Origin: Candidatus Doudnabacteria bacterium
Lineage (GTDB): Bacteria; Patescibacteriota; Doudnabacteria; UBA920; O2-02-FULL-48-8
Length of the DNA: 52,435 nucleotides
NCBI GenBank assembly: GCA_016182875.1
Contig: JACPFQ010000002.1
Span: 1-52,435, forward strand
Direction of reading: 5' to 3'
Below the pieces are notes generated by a model. That model saw only the letters and a list, made by a program, of their open reading frames with translations. It did no database searches and was not told the DNA's origin. The number at the start of each line of letters is the position of its first letter. Position 1 is the first letter of the stretch. The translations under genes were made by a program, and so were the position numbers. Shown here one piece after another: positions 18,376-27,394 of the stretch.

Positions 18376-18628
18376 GTGGGGCCTCCTTCCGTATGCCAAA
18401 ACAATATCAAAAGATTAGAGCCTGTTCAAGCTCCATTCTTAACTTAAAAATTCGCACAAACTATTTAATCAAAAAGGCTTGTGGGCGGATATTTCTCCTG
18501 TATCCAATCCCGAATCTTCTCTTTGGAAGATTTTGGCATAAAACCCCTTTCTCTCGCAAGAGGTTACATATTTATTATCTTCTATCGAAAGTTCCGTAAA
18601 GTGGTTACTATAAAGACCCGTGAGTGAA

Positions 18629-18744
18629 GGCGCATCCGAAAAACTAGCTTTCGCAGATCGGCTCATCCGATCGAGAACGCAGGTCGCAAAATTTGCGGCT
18701 TCCATGCCCAAATTTTGACGACCGGTAGTTTTTCGGGATGTGCC
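18629..18744 (+). repeat. Structured repeat family A, copy 2
   Basis: Same core as 11827 with compensatory stem changes. Confidence 0.9.
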
Positions 18745-18748
18745 AAAC

Positions 18749-18943
18749 TCACTTTCTCCGTTTCTTAGGAGGTGGTGGAACTTTTGCTCCCTTTTTGCGG
18801 GCTTCGGACAGGCCGATCGCTATGGCCTGCTTTCGGCTTCTGACTTTCTTGCCGCTGCGGCCGCTTGTAAGTTGGCCACGCTTCATCTTGTGCATGGCCC
18901 GCTCCACTGTCTTGCCCGCTTTTTTCCCGTACCTTCTCGCCAT
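18749..18943 (-). CDS. Small basic protein (DUF6496-like)
   Basis: MHKMKRGQLTSGRSGKKVRSRKQAIAIGLSEARKKG. Confidence 0.85.
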   Translation of the reverse strand: MARRYGKKAGKTVERAMHKMKRGQLTSGRSGKKVRSRKQAIAIGLSEARKKGAKVPPPPKKRRK

Positions 18944-19057
18944 AAACTTGCCTTCTGAAAATGTTATACACAGATATAGCATAAATATAGTAAAGCAGCC
19001 GGCCGGCATCAATTAGTCAATATCACAAGTAATAAAAAAGCCCGCAACCGGGTTTTC

Positions 19058-19210
19058 TGGCTGGGGAGGTAGGATTCTTCAGCGCTCGCTGAGGCTCGCG
19101 CGGACTGGGTTGCGCCGGAAGCTACGTTTGCTCGCTTTCGTCGATCATTCGGCAGCGTCGCCCACCGACTTGCCTCACTTCAACCCGTTCGAATCCTACG
19201 TTTATGTTCT
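19058..19210 (-). mobile_element. 153-bp element downstream of tRNA-Gln ending in a duplicated tRNA 3' end
   Basis: 20-bp direct repeat TGGCTGGGGAGGTAGGATTC at 19058 and 19211. Confidence 0.7.
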
Positions 19211-19285
19211 TGGCTGGGGAGGTAGGATTCGAACCTACGGATGACGGATTCAGAGTCCGTTGCCTTACCGCTTGGCTACTCCCCA
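19211..19285 (-). tRNA. tRNA-Gln (CTG)
   Basis: TGGGGAGTAGCCAAGCGGTAAGGCAACGGACT-CTG-AATCCGTCATCCGTAGGTTCGAATCCTACCTCCCCAGCCA; full cloverleaf with encoded CCA. Confidence 0.96.
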
Positions 19286-19296
19286 AATCAGCTCAT

Positions 19297-19325
19297 ATTC
19301 TAACTTTTTTTGATATTTGTTTCAA
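19297..19325 (-). promoter_or_regulatory. Sigma70-type promoter of tRNA-Gln
   Basis: TTGAAA-17-TAGAAT. Confidence 0.7.
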
Positions 19326-19327
19326 GC

Positions 19328-19936
19328 CTAGAATCCCAAAACCTCATTTACAAAAATCACTCTTAACCGTCCCTTGGCAACCTCGCGGTTGATAATCAAA
19401 AGCTTGCTCACGAAACTGCCGGTGGTGATATTGTAAGCCTTGTTGGCGCGTACTGATTCGAGCGGCAAAACATACTCATAGATACGCTTAGTCCCATCAT
19501 CCACGTCAGACACCAATTTCTGGCCGCCCACTACCCAAATCACATGGTCAGCGCCGTTGGCGTAGGCCGGAAGCTGGCTGCCGGTATTGGAAGCTATCAT
19601 GAGCTTGCCGTCCACGGTTGCGGCATGCACCGAGCCTATTGCCCACTCTGGAGCCGCGCCCAATTGTTTTTTCGCCCGCGCGTCCAGCTGCGGAAATTTG
19701 GCGCGGGCCGGACTGTATTTACCCGAGTCATTCAGTTCTTTATCAATGCCAAGCGTGCTCAAAGTCACTGAGGTCATGGTCATGACTTCAGCGCCCGCAG
19801 GGATCAATGCCAAAACGCGGCTTTTGGCTTCCGCTCCGGTCTCCACCGTCTCGGCTTCGATGCCGTTGGCCTTGAGCGCTTCAATGGCTTTTTGAATATC
19901 CCCTTTCGAGGCAAGTTGCGAATAGTCTTTGAGCAT
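19328..19936 (-). CDS. LUD domain (LutC/YkgG-like) protein
   Basis: GSVHAAT.DG.L..AS.TGSQLP.YA.GA..VIWVVG.QKLV. Confidence 0.85.
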   Translation of the reverse strand: MLKDYSQLASKGDIQKAIEALKANGIEAETVETGAEAKSRVLALIPAGAEVMTMTSVTLSTLGIDKELNDSGKYSPARAKFPQLDARAKKQLGAAPEWAIGSVHAATVDGKLMIASNTGSQLPAYANGADHVIWVVGGQKLVSDVDDGTKRIYEYVLPLESVRANKAYNITTGSFVSKLLIINREVAKGRLRVIFVNEVLGF

Positions 19937-20032
19937 AGCTATTAATTATATTAACCTATTTTCGGGATTTGTACAAAATCTAATTTCCCAGTAAGCTTAA
20001 GCCAAAGAACTTGTTATAAGGGGGTGAGACAA

Positions 20033-20287
20033 ATGGCAGAAGAAAAACCAATCGGCAAAGTGGTCCACTACTACGACAAGGCCATGGTGGCGATTATCGA
20101 ATTAACCGCCCCGCTTAAAGTCGGGCAGACCATCCACTTCAAGGGCGGCGAAGATGACGTCACCCAAGTCGTCAACCAAATGCAGTTTGACCGCGCCGAC
20201 ATTCAGGAAGGTGTGGCGGGCCAGCGAGTGGGAGTGAAAGTGGACCAAAAAGTCCGCGACACGGACCAGGTATTTTTGGCGGAATAA
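20033..20287 (+). CDS. Small beta-barrel protein (EF-Tu domain II / U32 C-terminal-like)
   Basis: IGKVVHYYDK..VAIIEL...LKVG..I; SD GGGGGTG. Confidence 0.8.
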   Translation: MAEEKPIGKVVHYYDKAMVAIIELTAPLKVGQTIHFKGGEDDVTQVVNQMQFDRADIQEGVAGQRVGVKVDQKVRDTDQVFLAE

Positions 20288-20289
20288 AG

Positions 20290-20559
20290 ATGTTTGATCA
20301 ACTTAAAGATTTATACAATTTAAGAAAGCAGGCTGATGAGATGCAGAGGCAGCTGGCGCAAGAACTCGTCACTGGCAAGTCAGTGGACGGGACCTTTACC
20401 GTGACTTTGAATGGAAACCATGAGTTGGTAGAAGTGAATGTTTCGCCGGACATAGACCTCAACCAGCCGGAGATTGCCAAGAATATCAAACAGGCGTTTG
20501 ATGACGCCCAGGAACAGCTTAAGCACCTTTTGAGTAAAAAATTCCAGGGAATGATGTAA
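20290..20559 (+). CDS. YbaB/EbfC family nucleoid-associated protein
   Basis: MFDQLKDLY.L..QA..MQ..L, VTLNG. Confidence 0.85.
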   Translation: MFDQLKDLYNLRKQADEMQRQLAQELVTGKSVDGTFTVTLNGNHELVEVNVSPDIDLNQPEIAKNIKQAFDDAQEQLKHLLSKKFQGMM

Positions 20560-20568
20560 CCCCCTTTC

Positions 20569-20638
20569 CCATTCCCGCGGAAGCGGGAATCTTGCTAAGA
20601 TCCCCGATTACTAGTCCTAATCCTCGCCTCGGGGATGG
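20569..20638. repeat. ATTCCC-N8-GGGAAT palindromic element (dRS3-like, related to family C)
   Basis: CCATTCCCGCGGAAGCGGGAATC...GATCCCCG...CGGGGATGG. Confidence 0.7.
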
Positions 20639-20680
20639 TTAAAAGGAGTTTGGTGAATAATCACGTCTTTGGGCTTAAGC

Positions 20681-20763
20681 GAGGAGCTTTTACGTCAAAG
20701 GTCACCTTTAACGTAAAGGAAACCCTTACCGAAAAGGTGACCTTTGAGGAAGAAGGGCTCCTC
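20681..20763. repeat. REPIN-like nested inverted repeat
   Basis: TCAAAGGTCACCTTT / AAAGGTGACCTTTGA inside GAGGAGC / GCTCCTC; resembles the RAYT-flanking REP. Confidence 0.7.
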
Positions 20764-20777
20764 TCTAAAAAGCGAAG

Positions 20778-20806
20778 TTGAAAATTGCTCAGGGTTTGGT
20801 TATAAT
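20778..20806 (+). promoter_or_regulatory. Promoter of hppA
   Basis: TTGAAA-17-TATAAT. Confidence 0.75.
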
Positions 20807-20843
20807 GCTAGAGCTTTTGAAGCTTTTTTAATTTGTAAATAAC

Positions 20844-20910
20844 GTCATCGCGAGCGAAGCGTGGCGATCTCTTCCAGAGATTGCTTCGTCGTTTTACTTC
20901 TCGCAATGAC
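20844..20910. repeat. Family B-related palindromic element in hppA 5' UTR
   Basis: GTCATCGCGAGCGAAGCGTGGCGATCT..GAGATTGCTTCG..CTCGCAATGAC. Confidence 0.85.
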
Positions 20911-20925
20911 ACAAAAGGACAATAT

Positions 20926-22950
20926 ATGCTTACTGAGTCCAGTATTACAGGGTTCGCGATTGTTGCAGGGATTGCCGCAATTGTTTACGGCATTGTCCTT
21001 GCCCGCACGGTTTTGCGGAAACCTTCCGGAGATGAAAAAATGCGCTCCATTGCGGCCGCCATCCAGGAAGGCGCTAATGCTTTTTTGGCCCGCCAATACA
21101 AAACCGTGGCCGCGGTGGCCGTGGTGCTTGCCATTTTGATTTATTATTTCTTTGGCCTCCAGACTGCGGCAGGATTTCTTATCGGCGCTATTTCCTCAGC
21201 GCTCGCCGGATTTGCCGGCATGTATGTCGCGGTAAGAGCCAATATCAGAACTGCCGAAGCCGCAAAAAAGGGTTTGGCCCCGGCTTTTTCTCTGGCATTC
21301 AAGGGCGGCGCGGTCACTGGCCTATTCGTGGTTGGTTTGGGGCTTCTGGCCGTGACTTTGTTCTTCGTCTGGACTGGCCGCGAAATCGCCCCGCTAATCG
21401 GACTCGGATTCGGCGCCAGCTTGATTTCGGTCTTTGCCCGCCTGGGCGGCGGCATCTTCACCAAAGGCGCGGATGTCGGCGCTGATTTGGTCGGCAAAAT
21501 CGAAGCCGGCATTCCGGAAGATGACCCTAGAAACCCGGCCGTGATTGCAGACAACGTCGGCGACAACGTCGGGGATGACGCGGGCATGGCCGCTGATCTT
21601 TTTGAAACTTACGCTGTCACCATCATTGCGGCCATGATATTGGGTAGCATTTTGTTCGAAGGAAATGAAATATTTGTTCTTTATCCTCTTGCTTTAGGCG
21701 GTATTTCCATTTTCGCCTCAATCATCGGCAGTTTCTTTGTCCGCTTGGTGGGCAAAGGAATAATGACTGCTCTATACAAAGGCCTGATAGTTTCAGGCAT
21801 ATTGGCGGCGCTTGGGTTCTACTGGGTTACGCAAAGTTTATTCATCCCGTTCTTCAGCCGTGGCCTGTTCCTCTCAACGCTTGTCGGTTTGGCAGTCACC
21901 GCGTTAATGGTGGTTATTACCGAATATTACACCTCAAAGAAATTTAAACCGGTGCAGTCAATCGCCCAGGCGTCAACAACCGGACACGGCACCAACATCA
22001 TTACCGGCCTGGCCGTCTCCATGCAGTCGACCGCTCTTCCCGTGCTGGCAATTATCGGCGGGGTGCTCCTCTCCTACCATCTCGGGGGAATTTACGGCTC
22101 GGCCATCGCTGTCGTATCCATGCTTTCCATGGCTGGCATCATCGTGGCCATCGATGCCTTTGGTCCGATCACGGACAACGCCGGTGGCATTGCCGAAATG
22201 TCCGGTTTGCCGCAGTCGGTGCGGGAATCAACTGATGCTTTGGATGCCGTAGGTAACACTACCAAAGCAGTAACCAAAGGCTATGCCATTGCCTCAGCCG
22301 GTCTTGCCGCAGTCGTACTCTTTGCGTCCTATACAGAAGAACTTAAAAGACTGGGTCAGAACCTGACCTTTGACCTTTCTGACGTGCAAGTGCTCGCCGG
22401 GCTGGTAATAGGCGGCCTACTCCCCTACTTGTTCAGCTCAATCGCGATGCAGGCCGTGGGCAAAGCCGGGCATGCTGTGGTGGAAGAAGTGCGAAGGCAG
22501 TTCAAAGAAATTCCCGGCATCATGGAAGGAACCGGCAAGCCTGATTACGGCCGCGCCGTGGACATCGTCACCAAAGCCGCAATCAAAGAAATGGTTATCC
22601 CAGCTTTGCTTCCTGTGGTGGTTCCGATTTTGGTGGCCGTGATCCCATTCCTCGGACTCAAGGCTTTGGCATTCCTCGGACTCAAGGCTTTGGGTGGAGT
22701 GCTTGTCGGCTCCATCGTCACCGGATTATTCGTAGCCATTTCCATGACTTCAGGCGGGGCGGCCTGGGACAATGCCAAAAAATTCATCGAAGAAGGCAAC
22801 TATGGCGGCAAGAAATCATTTGCGCACCAAGCGGCAATCACGGGTGATACGGTGGGCGACCCTTATAAAGACACGGCAGGCCCAGCCATCAACCCGATGA
22901 TTAAGATTATAAACATAGTAGCCCTGCTGATCATCGGACTACTGGTCTAA
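20926..22950 (+). CDS. hppA: Membrane-bound proton-translocating pyrophosphatase, probably K+-independent
   Basis: [26 protein letters not shown] (Lys variant), [10 protein letters not shown]; start ATG 20926. Confidence 0.95.
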   Translation: MLTESSITGFAIVAGIAAIVYGIVLARTVLRKPSGDEKMRSIAAAIQEGANAFLARQYKTVAAVAVVLAILIYYFFGLQTAAGFLIGAISSALAGFAGMYVAVRANIRTAEAAKKGLAPAFSLAFKGGAVTGLFVVGLGLLAVTLFFVWTGREIAPLIGLGFGASLISVFARLGGGIFTKGADVGADLVGKIEAGIPEDDPRNPAVIADNVGDNVGDDAGMAADLFETYAVTIIAAMILGSILFEGNEIFVLYPLALGGISIFASIIGSFFVRLVGKGIMTALYKGLIVSGILAALGFYWVTQSLFIPFFSRGLFLSTLVGLAVTALMVVITEYYTSKKFKPVQSIAQASTTGHGTNIITGLAVSMQSTALPVLAIIGGVLLSYHLGGIYGSAIAVVSMLSMAGIIVAIDAFGPITDNAGGIAEMSGLPQSVRESTDALDAVGNTTKAVTKGYAIASAGLAAVVLFASYTEELKRLGQNLTFDLSDVQVLAGLVIGGLLPYLFSSIAMQAVGKAGHAVVEEVRRQFKEIPGIMEGTGKPDYGRAVDIVTKAAIKEMVIPALLPVVVPILVAVIPFLGLKALAFLGLKALGGVLVGSIVTGLFVAISMTSGGAAWDNAKKFIEEGNYGGKKSFAHQAAITGDTVGDPYKDTAGPAINPMIKIINIVALLIIGLLV

Positions 22951-23045
22951 TCACAAAAAGTAAAACGCCTCAGGGTCTTGAGACGTTTTATAATTTCTAC
23001 TATAATTATCGCATCGTTTTTATTCCGCCGCCCGAGGAGGACACA

Positions 23046-23492
23046 ATGAAACAACGGCTCGCAATGAGTCAGAACCAGCAGCAAAGGCCAGTGCTGGCCC
23101 TCGACTGCGAACTCGACATCGAACCGCGTCCAGGGACGCGACGAACGCTCAAGCTCGATGAGATGGACTCTCAAGGCGCTCTCCGCCCCGTCATCATCAT
23201 GGAGAGCCCGCATTCGATCAGAACCATCCGATTCGACGAGGGATTCGACCCGACTGAGTTTTTCAAGGAAGATCGGGGTCAATCACTCGCCGGGTTCTAC
23301 GAGAAGGCGGGTGTCTGGTTTGAGCGCGAGGACCTGGAAGAGGGGCTGGTTCATGTCATCGTGCACCACGGCCGGCAGTTCGTCGACCAGCTGGTCACAA
23401 AAAAACAACTCGCTCCGTTCTTCAAGTTCTTCATCTGCGAAGATGACGAGCCCGATGCGGACGAAATCCTACTCGAAGAATCCTTCGCCTAA
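23046..23492 (+). CDS. Orphan hypothetical protein with own promoter and SD
   Basis: GAGGAGG SD, upstream TTGAGA-17-TATAAT, 148 aa. Confidence 0.7.
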   Translation: MKQRLAMSQNQQQRPVLALDCELDIEPRPGTRRTLKLDEMDSQGALRPVIIMESPHSIRTIRFDEGFDPTEFFKEDRGQSLAGFYEKAGVWFEREDLEEGLVHVIVHHGRQFVDQLVTKKQLAPFFKFFICEDDEPDADEILLEESFA

Positions 23493-23518
23493 TGAGCGAA
23501 CGCTTCGAGTTCTTTTTT

Positions 23519-23568
23519 TTCCGACGCTCGGCGAAGCCGAGGTCGGAACTCCGACCGAAGCGTCGGAG
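23519..23568. repeat. Double-hairpin family E (CCGAC..GTCGG twice)
   Basis: TTCCGAC..GTCGGAA followed by CTCCGAC-cgaagc-GTCGGAG; same layout inside secA. Confidence 0.85.
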
Positions 23569-24669
23569 TTACTCTACTTTATCAATTATCCCGCCGCCAA
23601 GTAATTCTTCGTCTTGATAAATCACAGCTGCCTGACCCGGCGTAATTGCCCTTTGCGGCTGATCAAATATTATTCGCAGTTTGTCATTGTCATCGTCATT
23701 GTCAATAGTCGCATCAAAATCCGGATGATGATAGCGAATAGACACACCCGCGTTCAAAGGGAACTTAGGAGCTTTGTCAGTCCACGAAACATCCGTGACT
23801 GTGAATTCTTTCTTCCAAAGCTTGGGGTCATTCTGGTCATTGGTCACCAATAGCCGGTTTGAGTCAAAATCCTTACTCGCCACATAATATGGCCCGCTTC
23901 CGCCAATACCGATGCCCTCGCGCTGGCCAATCGTGTAGTATGGCAACCCCTGATGCATTCCCAGAATCTGGCCCGAAGTGGTGACTACTTCCCCCGCTTC
24001 GGCTTTGATTTTTTCCTTGAGAAACTCGCGGACGTTGATTTTGCCGATAAAGCAAATCCCCTGCGAATCTTTTTTGGCATGATTAGGCAGGCCAAACTCT
24101 TTCGCCATTTCTCTCACTTCTGACTTCTTATATTCGCCGATCGGAAACAAGACCTTGGAAAGCTGTTCCTGCTTCAGAGTATACAAAAAGTAACTCTGGT
24201 CTTTCGCCGGATCTGCTCCTTTCAGTAATCGGTATGATATTTTGACTTTTAAATTGTCATTTTGACTTTTGATTTTTGACTTTTGAATTCTAGCGTAGTG
24301 CCCCGTAGCAACAAAATTCGCGCCCAAAGACAAAGCTTTGTCCAAAAAAAACTTGAACTTAATCTCGCTGTTGCACATCACATCCGGGTTTGGCGTCCTA
24401 CCCGCCTTGTATTCCCGCAAAAAATACTCGACAACCTTTTCGTAATATTCTTTTTCGAAGTTCCAGACGTAGAAGGGTATATCCAAAAGCTTGGCCACCT
24501 TGCGGGCGTCCTCGGCATCTTCGGCCCAAGTGCAGCCATAATGCCCAAAGTCCTCGCTCCAGTTCTTCATAAACACGCCAATAACGTCAAAACCTTGCTT
24601 TGCAAGCATTGCCGCGCTGACCGAGGAATCCACTCCTCCGCTCATGCCGACAACAACTTTTCTCTTCAT
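23569..24669 (-). CDS. mnmA: tRNA-specific 2-thiouridylase
   Basis: SGGVDS, TPNPDVMCN, ATGHYA, KDQSYFL, DSQGICF, PGQ. Confidence 0.97.
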   Translation of the reverse strand: MKRKVVVGMSGGVDSSVSAAMLAKQGFDVIGVFMKNWSEDFGHYGCTWAEDAEDARKVAKLLDIPFYVWNFEKEYYEKVVEYFLREYKAGRTPNPDVMCNSEIKFKFFLDKALSLGANFVATGHYARIQKSKIKSQNDNLKVKISYRLLKGADPAKDQSYFLYTLKQEQLSKVLFPIGEYKKSEVREMAKEFGLPNHAKKDSQGICFIGKINVREFLKEKIKAEAGEVVTTSGQILGMHQGLPYYTIGQREGIGIGGSGPYYVASKDFDSNRLLVTNDQNDPKLWKKEFTVTDVSWTDKAPKFPLNAGVSIRYHHPDFDATIDNDDDNDKLRIIFDQPQRAITPGQAAVIYQDEELLGGGIIDKVE

Positions 24670-25310
24670 GCAAAGGGCACCTTTGCAACTGAGTCTATTA
24701 GCATAGAATCGAGTTCTTTTCTTAGTTTAATTGCATCTAAACTCTGGGTCGTAAATTTAGGAAATTCTTGGATCGTTTTAAATTGATTCAATATTATATC
24801 GCTTTCACATGAAATATAACCATCCTTTTTTAAATAAAACATATAACTGCTCCAGGGATAGGTTTCAGGAGTCTTAGAAATGCCTGCGACTGTGGGATTT
24901 TGATGGATGTATGCGGAGAGCCAAAGTAGATAAGAGTCGTCATCAATTAAAACTTGTTTAAATTGATCTTGAAATACGTGACCAACGCGATCATATTTCT
25001 TGTTAAAATATTTTGAATAACTAGAACATAATTTCAAAATAAGCTTACTTGTCGGAATGTTACCATTTTGCTTAATCAAAATATGAAAATGATTTGGCAT
25101 TAAACAATACGCAATTAGTGAGAAGGTATTTGCCGGCAATTTTCTTATTCTTGATGTTGGATTGTCTTCTGGGTATAAATTTTGTCTTAGACGAAGTAAG
25201 AAGAATTTATAATCCTCTGGGTCAATAAAAATATTATTTTTGGCATTGCCCCTATTATAAATATGATAATACGCTCCAGCACCAAATTCTTTGTAATCAC
25301 GAATACCCAT
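24666..25310 (-). mobile_element. REP-associated tyrosine transposase (Y1 HUH, RAYT)
   Basis: YHIYNRGN, YCLMPNHFH, YIHQNP, YPWSS; flanked by REP hairpins; AT-rich. Confidence 0.9.
24669..24687. repeat. REP hairpin at RAYT 3' end
   Basis: TGCAAAGG-gca-CCTTTGCA. Confidence 0.8.
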
Positions 25311-25324
25311 ATATTTACTCTATA

Positions 25325-25362
25325 TGCAAAGGTGCCCTTTGTCAACAAAGGGCACCTTTGCA
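25325..25362. repeat. Inverted REP pair upstream of RAYT
   Basis: TGCAAAGGTGCCCTTTG-tcaa-CAAAGGGCACCTTTGCA. Confidence 0.85.
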
Positions 25363-25368
25363 ACCTCA

Positions 25369-26106
25369 CTACTCTACAAATTGCTCGGCTTGTTGCAGGT
25401 CCCTGAGAGTATTGATACCAAAAATCTCTTCAGGCTTTATCTCTAATGTATTTATTTTTACCTCCTGTCTGACCGCTGTTGCAACCAGATCAGTTAGGTA
25501 TTTTTCAGGATGTGAATTATTAAGTGCGCTATCGATATTTTTCCAAAGCCATTGCGTATTAAATATATAAATTCCAGGATTTACTTCGGTAATTGTCTTC
25601 TCGGCGTCGGTCAAATGAGCTAATTCAGTAATCTTCACAATGTAGCCTTTTTCACGAATAATGCGCGCAAAATTTGAAAAAATATGATATGGTTCCTCGA
25701 AACTTTTCACGTCTGCAGTAAACATAGTAAATTTCGACTTTGTATCTAAATGATATTTGATAAGTCTACGCAAACTTTCAACTTTTATTAATGGCATATC
25801 ACCATAAAGCACCAAAACATTGTCAGTAGTCACGTAATCCTTTGCAACTGCCACAGCGTGAGCAGTCCCTAGTTGTTCCTTCTGCTCGATATAAAGGTAT
25901 TTATCACCTAAATGTTGCTTCACCAGGTCAGCTTTGAATCCGACGACAATCACCGCAGGCAGCTCCAACCCAAGCTTATCAACTTCAATAAGCAAGTGAG
26001 AAATCAGGGACCTGCCGTTGAGTTCTACCAGCACTTTCGGCAGTTCCGGATGGCCCATGCGCGTACCCTTGCCGGCGGCCAAAATTACGACCTGGACATT
26101 ATTCAT
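25369..26106 (-). CDS. GlmU-like uridyltransferase domain only (no acetyltransferase beta-helix)
   Basis: ILAAGKGTRM, PKVL, EQLGTAHAV, YGDMP, EVNPGIY, EKYLTD, GIN; ends at 245 aa. Confidence 0.88.
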   Translation of the reverse strand: MNNVQVVILAAGKGTRMGHPELPKVLVELNGRSLISHLLIEVDKLGLELPAVIVVGFKADLVKQHLGDKYLYIEQKEQLGTAHAVAVAKDYVTTDNVLVLYGDMPLIKVESLRRLIKYHLDTKSKFTMFTADVKSFEEPYHIFSNFARIIREKGYIVKITELAHLTDAEKTITEVNPGIYIFNTQWLWKNIDSALNNSHPEKYLTDLVATAVRQEVKINTLEIKPEEIFGINTLRDLQQAEQFVE

Positions 26107-26435
26107 AAATCGATTCGAAATTCCGAGCCCCACTTGGCGAAGCCCAGCCGTTCATAAAAAGCATGCAGTCTTGAGTTAGAATCTCTGCTGGTCAAAATCA
26201 ATTTATAGCATCCCTGAGCTTTTGCTTCCGCGATTGCTTTTTTAACCAGTTCTGACCCGATTCCGCGCTTCCGGTAGTCCTCTTCGACATAGAGGTCCTC
26301 CAAAAGACCAAACGGCTCTTTGTGGAGATCGTTTCTTAAAATATATAGGTACTGTCTGCCGACCTGTTTGCCGTCTTCGTGAGCAGTGATTTTCAACGCA
26401 TAGCTGTCTCTTACGATTGATGTATTAAGTTCCAT
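26103..26435 (-). CDS. GNAT acetyltransferase, GNA1-like
   Basis: GLLEDLYV...RKRGIG...GCYKLIL...FYERLGF. Confidence 0.82.
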   Translation of the reverse strand: MELNTSIVRDSYALKITAHEDGKQVGRQYLYILRNDLHKEPFGLLEDLYVEEDYRKRGIGSELVKKAIAEAKAQGCYKLILTSRDSNSRLHAFYERLGFAKWGSEFRIDL

Positions 26436-27394
26436 ATGAGCTTGGCGGTTTTGGAAGCATCATGCCGGAGCAGGCTTCTGTTTAATTTATCAGCGGTTTT
26501 TTTCTTGTAAATAACCTGAGAAACAAGTTTGGCTTGATGCGCCTTGACGCCCAACCTTTCCATTTGCTTAACATCCGGTTCCACGAACTTTGCGTTTTCT
26601 TTTTTATATGCCAAAATCGATTTGCTCGAAGGCTTTTGATTATTGACGATGGCATAATTAAGCTTAGCAACACCGAGATATTTTTGCAGATTTCTGGCAA
26701 AATCAGAGGCCTTAAAGCCGTCGGTTTGTCCGGCTTTGGTCATGATATTGGTGATTAATATTTTTTTGGCTCTCGATTTTCCTAAAGCCTCTCTGATTCC
26801 TTTTACCAGCAAATTCGGAACGATACTGGTGTATAAGTCGCCCGGACCAAACACTATTGCGTCGGCCTCTTGCAAGGCAGCCATGGCTTTGGGGTTTGCT
26901 GAAGTATTTGGTTTTAATTGTAAGCTTTTGATTCTTGAGCGTCTGAAATGCGGCTGATCGATGTTATGTTCTCCGACAACTCTTTTGCCGCTTTCCAAAT
27001 AAGCTATGAGCAAGCCTGGCTTGAGTGATGCCGGCAAAACTGAACCGCGGACATTAAGCAGTTTTGCCGCCAAGTCCACTGCTGTCTCAATGTTACCAGT
27101 AGTTTTTTCCAACGCCGCCAGGATAATATTGCCGACCGTATGGCCTTTCAGGGATCCTTTTTCAAAGCGGTAAGAAAAAAGCTCGGTCATTTGCTTGTCA
27201 GTATAGGAAAGTCCGACCAGACACTGCCGCAGATCACCAGGCGGAAAAATGCCCAAGTCCCTTCGCAATACCCCGGTAGAACCGCCATCATCCGCGCTCG
27301 AGACAATCACGGTATTATTGGAAGGGTATTTGCGCAGACCGCTAAGCAGAGTAAACGTTCCGGTTCCTCCACCGATTATCACTATGTTCTTCAT
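26411..27394 (-). CDS. yvcK: YvcK/GlmR (CofD-like) protein
   Basis: IGGGTG, DDGGSTG, PPGDLR, GHTVGN, GPGDLYTSIVPNL, RHD. Confidence 0.92.
   Translation of the reverse strand: MKNIVIIGGGTGTFTLLSGLRKYPSNNTVIVSSADDGGSTGVLRRDLGIFPPGDLRQCLVGLSYTDKQMTELFSYRFEKGSLKGHTVGNIILAALEKTTGNIETAVDLAAKLLNVRGSVLPASLKPGLLIAYLESGKRVVGEHNIDQPHFRRSRIKSLQLKPNTSANPKAMAALQEADAIVFGPGDLYTSIVPNLLVKGIREALGKSRAKKILITNIMTKAGQTDGFKASDFARNLQKYLGVAKLNYAIVNNQKPSSKSILAYKKENAKFVEPDVKQMERLGVKAHQAKLVSQVIYKKKTADKLNRSLLRHDASKTAKLIWNLIHQS

Noticed and set aside
17942-18599. Overlapping ORFs 17942-18418, 18009-18410 and 18087-18599
   Set aside because: Mutually overlapping, low complexity and without SD; only the SD-led 63-aa frame was kept, at low confidence
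19058-19200. Second tRNA or intron-containing tRNA
   Set aside because: No 5' half, D arm or anticodon arm; only the 3' end is duplicated
20881-20925. ORF-track N-terminal extensions (hppA; likewise def, DUF1761, tdh, secF, cytidyltransferase, HAD)
   Set aside because: They run through repeats or upstream genes; downstream ATGs fit family N-termini
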